Assembly: GCA_964013405.1 (NCBI GenBank)
Contig: CAXGWI010000041.1
Location: 1 to 24,165 of the forward strand
Length of the DNA: 24,165 nt
Source: an uncultured Myxococcales bacterium
Lineage (GTDB): Bacteria > Myxococcota > UBA4151
Direction of reading: 5' to 3'
Positions 1 through 7,568 of the stretch are shown piece after piece; positions within the stretch are counted from its first letter, which is position 1, and every line of letters begins with the position of its first letter. The notes below the pieces were generated by a model, which saw nothing but the letters and a program-made list of their open reading frames with translations, made no database searches and was not told where the DNA came from. The position numbers and the translations under genes are program-made.

Positions 1-443
1 TCTGCGCCATCGCCGGCGGCCCCGTCAGGACTACCGCCGCCACCGCCACCGCCCTGGGCCGAAGCATTCCCCCAGCGAGCGTGACCGCCGCGGCCACCGC
101 CGCCCTCGGCGCCGCCCTGGGCGTAACTCTCGATCACCGCAGCGGAGTTGTTCATGCCTCCAGCGCCACCGCCATAGCCGCGGCCTTGGGCATTGATCTC
201 ACCGAAGATTTCGATCACGGGTGCTTCAAGGATGAGCGTGCCCGTGCCCTCTTCACCGTTATAAGGGTCAACGAGCAGAACACCGCCCTCTTCGATACGG
301 ACACGGCTGCTATAGACATGGCTGCCACTCAAGCTGTGGGTCTCGCCATCTCCGATCACCAACTCGAGGTCGTTGTCCGTGACGGCCAATGCGGTCCCGG
401 AGACCAATAAACTGGCAAGGGCGAGATACAGTCGAAAATTCAT
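1..443 (-). CDS. Secreted glycine-rich protein, N-terminal part (runs off the left edge; not in the ORF track)
   Basis: Manual translation from ATG 443: MNFRLYLALASLLVSGTALA|VTDNDLELVIGDGETHSLSG...IEIFGEINAQGRGYGGGAGG...GGGGGGGSPDGAAGDG, open to base 1. Signal-peptide-like N-terminus ending ALA; GGAG 6 nt upstream. Confidence 0.85.
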   Translation of the reverse strand, partial: MNFRLYLALASLLVSGTALAVTDNDLELVIGDGETHSLSGSHVYSSRVRIEEGGVLLVDPYNGEEGTGTLILEAPVIEIFGEINAQGRGYGGGAGGMNNSAAVIESYAQGGAEGGGGRGGHARWGNASAQGGGGGGGSPDGAAGDGA

Positions 444-529
444 GGCGCACTCCCGCGACATTCTACAGGCGAGAAGGTAGCTGTCTGGGTCAAAAGGTCA
501 ACCCGCGCGGGCGCGTACGCAATCTGCTG

Positions 530-558
530 TTAACAACTGGACGGGCTTTCGGTAGATG
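530..558 (+). promoter_or_regulatory. Candidate sigma70-type promoter for the tRNA-led unit
   Basis: TTAACA (530-535), 17-nt spacer, TAGATG (553-558), then a GC-rich stretch; ends 11 nt before the tRNA. The -10 match is weak. Confidence 0.3.
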
Positions 559-569
559 CGGCGACATGG

Positions 570-646
<77 letters not shown>

Positions 647-665
647 GGGGCAAGGAGTAAAAAAC

Positions 666-1382
666 ATGAGGTTGCAACTCCATTGGGCGATGCCTTTGCT
701 TGCCCTGCCCTTCTTGGCCTGTTCGCCGGTGGGCGAAGGGACGCGGACGCTCCAGCAAGGACCGGTCTCGATTCGCGTCGATGCGCTGCTCGGCATCGAC
801 CCCCTCGATGTCAAAGCCGAGGTCCTGAAACGCCTCGGCGGCCAACGGGATGAACCGGTTCGGCTCACCCTGGATGTTCAATTGGGCGGCGGCGTTCGCG
901 GCAGCCTGGCCACCACCGGTATCGAGGTGAAAAGCAGCGCCGAGCGCAGCGATGCCTGGCGAGGGCTCCTCGAAGAGCTGGTGGCAGCATCAACCCTGGC
1001 CCAGCGGGCCCGGGGTGATGTGAAGAAAATCCAAGAGCTCCTCTCGAGCGCTGCCCGGGAGCGTCGGGTCGCCGGCATTGCCCTCTTGGGGGAGGCCGAT
1101 GCAGCGACCCATAAAACCTTCCTGCAGAACCTCCCCCGGGACCTCCCGCCCAATCGAATCCGCGAAATTGCCGCCGCGCTTTTGAGTCACGATGGCGAAC
1201 AAAACACCCTGACACTCATCGCCCTCAGTCAACGCTACCCCGCCCTCTTCGATGAGTTGTTGGGGGCCGTTGCGGAACGGGAGGGCCAGGTGGCGATCGC
1301 ATACCTGACCGCCGTCTCTCGGGGCCACGAAGATGAGGGCGCCCGAGCCACCGCACAAGCGGCGCTGGAGACCCGTCCATGA
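666..1382 (+). CDS. Hypothetical lipoprotein with a helical, HEAT-like C-terminal region
   Basis: AAGGAG SD at 652-657; hydrophobic leader ending FLAC (lipobox-like); Ala/Leu-rich helical repeats (RRVAGIALLGE..., ARATAQAAL); ATGA overlap with the next gene. Confidence 0.75.
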   Translation: MRLQLHWAMPLLALPFLACSPVGEGTRTLQQGPVSIRVDALLGIDPLDVKAEVLKRLGGQRDEPVRLTLDVQLGGGVRGSLATTGIEVKSSAERSDAWRGLLEELVAASTLAQRARGDVKKIQELLSSAARERRVAGIALLGEADAATHKTFLQNLPRDLPPNRIREIAAALLSHDGEQNTLTLIALSQRYPALFDELLGAVAEREGQVAIAYLTAVSRGHEDEGARATAQAALETRP

Positions 1383-1924
1383 GAGTCCTGATGCTCCCCC
1401 TCCTCCTCCTCGCCGGCTGCCGGGCCTTGGTCACCCCCGCCCCCACCGGTCCCGACCCGGCCCTTTACTGGCCCATGCAAGAAGGCCAAAGCATGCGCTT
1501 TCGCATGCAGATGGGCAGTCAAAGCCAAGGGCAGGTTGTCCAATTCACCCATCGAGAAGGGCCCTGGATTTTCGATGATCGAGGTCAGCGCTTCCGCTAC
1601 GATGGACTGGGCTTGTTCGATAGTCGTCGCTATCTGATCAAACGCCCCCTGGTGGTCGGCAGCCAGTGGATGAGCGTGCCGGAGGCGGGTGTCGTCGAGC
1701 GCTTCTCAATCGTCGGTCTCGCCCGGCCCTGCGCCGCCCCCCATAACGAAGTCAAAGACTGCCTGGTGGTGGAAGCCAGGCAGCGGGTCGATGACACAAG
1801 AACCCTTTTGACCCGGTGGTGGTACGGCCGAGGGCTCGGCCCCTTGCGCATCGACACCTTCATCCAAAACGATCGCGGTCGATTAGAACCCAAATCGACC
1901 ATCCTGCGCGCCCTCGAGGACTGA
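1379..1924 (+). CDS. Hypothetical lipoprotein (beta-rich, YxPxxxG...WYxxGxG pattern)
   Basis: Lipobox LLLAGC; motifs YWPMQEGQSMRF and TRWWYGRGLGPLR; ATGA-coupled to the upstream gene, 3 nt before tmk. Confidence 0.8.
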   Translation: MRVLMLPLLLLAGCRALVTPAPTGPDPALYWPMQEGQSMRFRMQMGSQSQGQVVQFTHREGPWIFDDRGQRFRYDGLGLFDSRRYLIKRPLVVGSQWMSVPEAGVVERFSIVGLARPCAAPHNEVKDCLVVEARQRVDDTRTLLTRWWYGRGLGPLRIDTFIQNDRGRLEPKSTILRALED

Positions 1925-1927
1925 GCG

Positions 1928-2530
1928 ATGCCACGGGGTCGAGTGATTGTCCTCGAGGGGATCGATGGGGCTGGAACCAGCACCCTCGCACGGGGTTTGT
2001 CCCGCTGGCTCGAAGCCACCGGCAGGCCTGTCTGGCGTACGCACCAGCCCAGCCCTCTTCCCACGGGACAGCAGATTCGACAGCTGCTGCAACAATCGGC
2101 CGGTGGCGACCTGCGCAAAGCCGCCCTTGCCCTCTCCTTTGCCGCCGACCGGCTGCTGCTCTGGGAGGATATTCAGCAGGCAACGACCGAAGGCAAATGG
2201 GTGGTCTGCGATCGGTCAAAGCTCAGCAGTCTGGTGTATCAAGGCTCCGAGCTGCCTGAGGACTGGGTTCGACAGATCAACCGCTACGCCCCCGAAGCCG
2301 ACCTTACGCTGCTCCTGGATCTGCCGGCGGCAACGGCCATGGAGCGGATCGAAGCCCGAGGGGCCGTCCGAGACCGATTCGAAAAGGTCGGGATCCTCGA
2401 AGAACTCTCGGGCCGCTACCGCCGGCTCGCATCCACCGACTTCGAGAGTCCGGTTGTGACCCTCGACGCCGAAGCGCCGCCGGAGGAGGTCCTCGCCGCC
2501 GCACAACGGGCCGTGGAGGCCCTGGACTGA
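1928..2530 (+). CDS. tmk: Thymidylate (dTMP) kinase
   Basis: VIVLEGIDGAGTST P-loop variant, FAADR, VVCDR..SSLVYQG, PEADLTLLLDL...AMERI. Confidence 0.93.
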   Translation: MPRGRVIVLEGIDGAGTSTLARGLSRWLEATGRPVWRTHQPSPLPTGQQIRQLLQQSAGGDLRKAALALSFAADRLLLWEDIQQATTEGKWVVCDRSKLSSLVYQGSELPEDWVRQINRYAPEADLTLLLDLPAATAMERIEARGAVRDRFEKVGILEELSGRYRRLASTDFESPVVTLDAEAPPEEVLAAAQRAVEALD

Positions 2531-5154
2531 TGGCCGAGACGCTCAGCCCAATGATGCTCCACTATGTGGAGGTGAAGGACCAGAACCCCAGGGGCCTGCT
2601 CTTTTATCGGGTCGGCGATTTTTACGAGTTGTTTTTCGACGACGCTCGGGGGGCTGCCGAACTCCTCGATTTGACCTGTACCTCCCGACAAAATCACGGG
2701 GGAGAGCCCATCCCGATGGCCGGCGTGCCCCACCATGCGCTCCAGACCTATGTGGACCGCTGCCTCGCCCAAGGCGTCAGTGTGGTCGTCTGTGACCAAC
2801 TGGAAGACGCAGCCCTTGCGAAAGGCATGGTCAAGCGGGGCGTCACCCGCATTGAGACGCCGGGTACGGTGGTCCAAGAGGATCAACCAGAGCAGGTCTT
2901 TCTCGCCGCCATCGCCCCCCCGGAGCGAGGCAAGGACCGCTGGGGATTGGCCCTCCTCGATCTCGGCTGTGCAGATTTCCGCTGCACCGACTTCGACCGT
3001 CTCGAGGAAGCCTTGGAGGAAACCCTTCGGTTCGACGCCCGGGAGTTGATTATCCCGGAGGATCTCGAGCTCCCCCCGGGCGCTTTTCATGGGGCATTAG
3101 TTCCCTTGGATCGGGGCTGGTTTCGCCGCAAAGGCGCAGCCCAACAGGTTGCGGACTTTCTTTCTGTCCACGATCTGGCGGCTTTCGGTCTCGCCGACGC
3201 GCCTGATCGGTTGGCGGCGGCGGCGGCAGCGAGTCGCTATGCCCGTTCCACCCGGAGCACCGAGGTCAATCACGTCCATGTGCTGCGAAGCTATGAACGG
3301 AGCGACCGCCTGCACCTCGACGGCGCTACATTGCGGAACCTCGAGGTCTTCCACACCCTCAGTGGTCAGCGCGATGGGGCCCTGTTTAAGACCCTCGATC
3401 GCTGCGCGACCCCCGGCGGGAAACGGGCTCTTGCGGAGAGCTTGAGGGCGCCCCTTCTCGAACAGCAGGCCATCGAAGCCCGGCTCGACCGCTGCGACGC
3501 ACTCCTCCGGGACCACAGCCTTCGCACAAGCGTCCGGGAGCATCTGCGGCGCGTGGGCGACCTCGAACGGATCGCCTCCCGGTTGTCCCTCGGCGGTGGG
3601 AATCCCCGCCAACTGCGCGTCTTGGCCGATGGGCTCAACAGTCTTCCTGACTTGGCCTCGCTCCTGCAATCCTCAGAGCTCCTACAAGGCTGGTTCATGG
3701 GGCGATGGGAATCCCTCGAGGCTGACCTCCGCCCCCTCGCGATGGAACTGAACCTAGCCTTGGTCGAGCGCCCCCCGGTTCGCCGCGGTGATGGGGACAG
3801 CATTGCGGACGGCTACGACCAAAACCTCGACCAAGCCCGTAACCTGGCCCGACACAGCGCCGAGGCCATCGAAGCCTTTGCAGCAGCCCAGATCGAAGCC
3901 ACGGGGATCCCGACCCTCAAGGTGAAACAGAACAAGGTCTTCGGCTACTTCATCGAGGTCAGCAACCGATACACAGACAAAGTCCCGGACCATTACCGCC
4001 GCAAGCAAACCATCGCCACAGGCGAGCGCTATATCGAGGACGAACTCGATGGGCTCGCAGAAGCGATCCAAGCGGCCCAAACGGAGAGCGATGCCCTCGA
4101 GGCGGAACTGTTTCAGAGCCTGCGCGATCGAGCGGCCGGTTTAGCCGGTGCCATTTTTGAGGGGGCCCAGTTGCTGGCCGAGCTGGATCTCGCCGCCTGC
4201 TTTGCCGACTTAGCCGATCGCCATGGCTATGTTCGCCCGGAGATTTTGCCCGCAGATGATCACGTGGTGGAGCTGCGGGCATCTCGTCACCCAGTGGTGG
4301 AGCGCAGTACAACGGAGCCCTTCGTCGCCAACGACATCGTGCTGGGCAAAGGGGGCAAGCGCCTCATCATCCTCACGGGCCCCAACATGGGCGGCAAGAG
4401 TACGGTCATGCGACAGGTGGCCCTCAGTGTGCTCATGGGCCAAGCGGGTTGTTTTGTTCCGGCCGAGAGCGCCCGCTTTGCGCTGCGTGACCGGATCTTC
4501 ACCCGGGTCGGTGCCAGCGACGACCTGAGCCAGGGGCGCTCAACGTTCATGGTGGAAATGACGGAGACGGCAAACATCCTCCACCATGCCACCAAGAACA
4601 GTCTGGTCATTCTCGATGAGATCGGCCGCGGCACGGCCACCTTTGATGGTCTGAGCTTAGCTTGGTCCGTCGCCGAAGACCTCCATGACCGGGTGCAGGC
4701 CCTGGGGCTCTTTGCCACCCACTATCACGAACTCTGTGAGTTGGCCTCCAGCCGAGACCATGTGGTCAACATGCAATTGGCCGTCCGGGAATGGAGCGGT
4801 GACATCGTTTTCATGCGTCAGTTGGAGCCCGGCGGCGCGAGTCGTTCCTACGGGATTCAAGTCGCCCGCTTGGCCGGCCTGCCCCCAGAAGTGATCGGCC
4901 GGGCTCGGGAACTGCTGCTGCAGTTGGAGATGCGTCAGGTCAATCGGGGCGACAGCCCGGCCATCGTCCCCCAGGACGAAGCGCCTAAGTCGGGCAATCA
5001 ACTGAGCCTCTTTGGTGGCCCACCCCCAGCCCAACATCAGAATCCGGCCGTGGATGAGATTCTACGCACACTCACCCGGGTGGATCCGATGACCACCACG
5101 CCGATGCAAGCCCTCCGCATTCTTGAACGGCTGCGCAAAAAACTCCTCGATTAG
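2530..5154 (+). CDS. mutS: DNA mismatch repair protein MutS (MutS1)
   Basis: SPMM, GDFYELF mismatch-binding motif, TGPNMGGKST Walker A, STFMVEM, ILDEIGRGT, FATHYHEL, SYGIQVARLAGLP, C-terminal QLSLF beta-clamp-binding motif. Confidence 0.98.
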   Translation: MAETLSPMMLHYVEVKDQNPRGLLFYRVGDFYELFFDDARGAAELLDLTCTSRQNHGGEPIPMAGVPHHALQTYVDRCLAQGVSVVVCDQLEDAALAKGMVKRGVTRIETPGTVVQEDQPEQVFLAAIAPPERGKDRWGLALLDLGCADFRCTDFDRLEEALEETLRFDARELIIPEDLELPPGAFHGALVPLDRGWFRRKGAAQQVADFLSVHDLAAFGLADAPDRLAAAAAASRYARSTRSTEVNHVHVLRSYERSDRLHLDGATLRNLEVFHTLSGQRDGALFKTLDRCATPGGKRALAESLRAPLLEQQAIEARLDRCDALLRDHSLRTSVREHLRRVGDLERIASRLSLGGGNPRQLRVLADGLNSLPDLASLLQSSELLQGWFMGRWESLEADLRPLAMELNLALVERPPVRRGDGDSIADGYDQNLDQARNLARHSAEAIEAFAAAQIEATGIPTLKVKQNKVFGYFIEVSNRYTDKVPDHYRRKQTIATGERYIEDELDGLAEAIQAAQTESDALEAELFQSLRDRAAGLAGAIFEGAQLLAELDLAACFADLADRHGYVRPEILPADDHVVELRASRHPVVERSTTEPFVANDIVLGKGGKRLIILTGPNMGGKSTVMRQVALSVLMGQAGCFVPAESARFALRDRIFTRVGASDDLSQGRSTFMVEMTETANILHHATKNSLVILDEIGRGTATFDGLSLAWSVAEDLHDRVQALGLFATHYHELCELASSRDHVVNMQLAVREWSGDIVFMRQLEPGGASRSYGIQVARLAGLPPEVIGRARELLLQLEMRQVNRGDSPAIVPQDEAPKSGNQLSLFGGPPPAQHQNPAVDEILRTLTRVDPMTTTPMQALRILERLRKKLLD

Positions 5155-5220
5155 CACGAGGCCTGGGCCGCTTATGGCCGGCATCGGTGGGTCCCGCTCA
5201 GCCTCCGGTTCTCGGGCCGC

Positions 5221-7488
5221 CTAGTTCACGCAGATATGCAGTTGATCATAGTCTCCGCACATGCGGCCACCGCGAATCGTCTCGATGCTTTGCTGCCCGC
5301 ACCAACCGCCGTTCCATTTGCAGTTGCAGCCCCCCACGCTGATCGCCACATCGTGATGGTAGCTGAACCGGTTCCGATCCCCTTCGGTAATGCAAGGATC
5401 CACCTTATTCCACTCATCCCGAGTCGGCATCCTGAGCCCGCCAGGACAGCCCCAGTTGGCATTGCCACTTTTCCAACCCAAGCGCTGACAACGAACTTCA
5501 TTGCGGCAATTACCGTCACAACCGTCACCAGCCTCCTGGTTGCCATCATCGCACTCTTCGGCCCCGCCATGGAGGAAGCCATCGCCGCACGTGTTCCCCT
5601 GGCAATTGGCGAGACAGGCATCTCCATTGTCACCATTGCCGTCATCGCATTCCTCAAAGCCCTCTTCGCCAGCTTCTAGATCGACCCGAGTGACCCCATC
5701 GCCACAGCTGGCTGCCAAACAGCTGTTGAGGCAGTCGTCTTCGTTGTCCTGATTGCCATCATCACAAGCCTCGAAGCCCGCTTCTGCCTCACCTAAATCC
5801 AAGCGGGTGATCCCATCGCCGCAGTGGGCAACCACACAAGTGTCCGTGCAGGCATCATGGGCGATCTCATTGCCATCGTCGCAGGATTCTTCACCGGCCC
5901 ACACCACGCCATCCCCACAGCTGGCCCGAACGCAATGACTCAGGCAATCGTCCGTATCGACGGCGTTGCCATCGTCGCAGGCCTCAAATTGCTCATGCTC
6001 CGGCGGCAGATCGCCCCGAGTGACCCCATCGCCACAACGGGCGTCGTGGCAGTTATCCAGGCAGCCATCCGTGTTGACCCCATTGCCATCGTCGCAGGCT
6101 TCGAAACCCGGGTCCCCAGGCGCAAGCCCCACCCGAACAATGCCATCACCGCAGCGAGCCCAAAGACAGGCATTGGTACAGGCGTCATCGTTAACGTCAT
6201 TGCCATCCTCACAGGCTTCATAGCCCGCCGCCTGGGGGTCGAGATCCTGACGAACGATCCCATCACCGCAGCGGGCTCGCTCACAGCCATTGGTACAGGC
6301 ATCGAGGTTGCTTCGATTGCCGTCATCACAGGCTTCGATGGGCGCCTGAATGATGCCGTCGCCGCAACGGGCGAGCTCGCAATTGGACAAGCAACCATCG
6401 GCATCATCGGCATTGCCATCATCGCAGGCCTCTTCGCCCCGCTGAACGATCCCATCGCCACAGCGGGCCGGCCGACAGCCGTTCGTGCAGGCATCCTGAT
6501 CGTCACCATTCCCATCATCGCAGCCTTCGCCAGCTTCCAGGCGACCGTTCCCGCAGCGCTCACTCAAACAACTCGCCCCACAGCCATCACCCTCTTCCCG
6601 GCCGCCGTCATCGCACTCCTCGTAGCTGGCATCTTCCGGAGCCAAGTCTCGCCGTAAAATACCATCGCCGCAGCGGGCTTCTAGGCAGCCGTTGGTACAC
6701 GCATCTTGATCGTTGCCATTGCCGTCGTCACAGGCTTCCTCGCCCAAGTAGACCCGACCATCACCGCAGCGGGCCGGGGCACAGTTGCTGAGGCAGGCAT
6801 CGTCGTCCGCCTCATTCCCATCGTCACATCGTTCGCCCTCTTGGACCACCCCATCGCCACAGGTGGCCGGCTGACACTGGGCGCAGGCATCGGTGGGATC
6901 CTCATTGCCATCGTCGCAGCCCTCACCGGGACCCACAACGCCATCGCCGCAGACGTGAAGTTGGCAGTTCGTCCGGCAGGCATCGTCGTCGATGTCGTTG
7001 CCGTCATCACAGGCCTCGTGACCGGCCATCCCCTCGCTCAGGTCCAACCGAATGACACCGTCGCCGCAGCGGGCCGGCACGCACCCGGTGCGACAAGCAT
7101 CGGCATCCTCGGCGTTACCATCATCGCATTGCTCGTAGCCATCATCCCCCTCGGTGCGATCCAAACGGATCACACCGTCGCCGCAACGGGCCAACACACA
7201 GGTCGAGAGGCAGGCATCGCTGTCCTCGGCATTGCCATCGTCGCACTCCTCAGCGCCCTCCTCGCCCATGGCCAAATCCACTCGAGTGACCGCATCACCA
7301 CAGAGGGCCACCTCGCAGGCCTTTGTGCACTCATCGGCGTTGTCCTCATTGCCGTCATCGCACTGCTCGCCCTGCTCGATCTTTCCATTACCGCAGCTGG
7401 CCTCGGTCTCCCGCACCACCACCTGCTCACCGGCACACGCGCTCAAAAGCACAACCAGGCTCAATATCGAGAACAGACATCGGTCCAT
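5221..7488 (-). CDS. Myxococcus-type cysteine-rich repeat (DUF4215-like) lipoprotein, 18 repeats plus a 91-aa C-terminal domain
   Basis: GGAGGT SD; lipobox LLSAC; 18 tandem CGDG...ExCDDGN....DxCxxxC units; distinct C-terminal domain containing CPGGLRMPTRDEW. Confidence 0.9.
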   Translation of the reverse strand: MDRCLFSILSLVVLLSACAGEQVVVRETEASCGNGKIEQGEQCDDGNEDNADECTKACEVALCGDAVTRVDLAMGEEGAEECDDGNAEDSDACLSTCVLARCGDGVIRLDRTEGDDGYEQCDDGNAEDADACRTGCVPARCGDGVIRLDLSEGMAGHEACDDGNDIDDDACRTNCQLHVCGDGVVGPGEGCDDGNEDPTDACAQCQPATCGDGVVQEGERCDDGNEADDDACLSNCAPARCGDGRVYLGEEACDDGNGNDQDACTNGCLEARCGDGILRRDLAPEDASYEECDDGGREEGDGCGASCLSERCGNGRLEAGEGCDDGNGDDQDACTNGCRPARCGDGIVQRGEEACDDGNADDADGCLSNCELARCGDGIIQAPIEACDDGNRSNLDACTNGCERARCGDGIVRQDLDPQAAGYEACEDGNDVNDDACTNACLWARCGDGIVRVGLAPGDPGFEACDDGNGVNTDGCLDNCHDARCGDGVTRGDLPPEHEQFEACDDGNAVDTDDCLSHCVRASCGDGVVWAGEESCDDGNEIAHDACTDTCVVAHCGDGITRLDLGEAEAGFEACDDGNQDNEDDCLNSCLAASCGDGVTRVDLEAGEEGFEECDDGNGDNGDACLANCQGNTCGDGFLHGGAEECDDGNQEAGDGCDGNCRNEVRCQRLGWKSGNANWGCPGGLRMPTRDEWNKVDPCITEGDRNRFSYHHDVAISVGGCNCKWNGGWCGQQSIETIRGGRMCGDYDQLHICVN
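5497..7395 (-). repeat. Coding tandem array: 18 Cys-rich units (9 of 30-32 aa, 9 of 39 aa)
   Basis: Counted from the translation; the nucleotide copies are degenerate and in frame. Confidence 0.9.
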
Positions 7489-7568
7489 CGACCACCTCCG
7501 TGAGCCTACAGCCTAGTTGATCCTTGCCGGCCACGCCAAGCCTCTGTCTCGGCAGAAGCTAGACCGAC

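Noticed and set aside
5155..5220. Intrinsic terminator between mutS and the Cys-repeat gene
   Set aside because: No convincing stem with a T-tract on either strand.
5221..5496. Complete diversity-generating retroelement
   Set aside because: No reverse transcriptase, accessory gene or template repeat is visible in the window; only the CLec-like hint is kept.
5497..7395. Regularly spaced GCCATCGTCGCAGGC-like repeats as a CRISPR array (also 21826-22689)
   Set aside because: They are degenerate, in-frame copies encoding CDDG/CGDG peptide repeats; no identical direct repeats with unique spacers and no cas genes.
5824..7503. Long + strand ORFs 5824-6657 and 6706-7503 (also 21991-23049, 15492-16235, 81-410)
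   Set aside because: Antisense shadows of repetitive GC-rich genes; their Ile/Ala/Thr/Val-rich patterns mirror the real codons.
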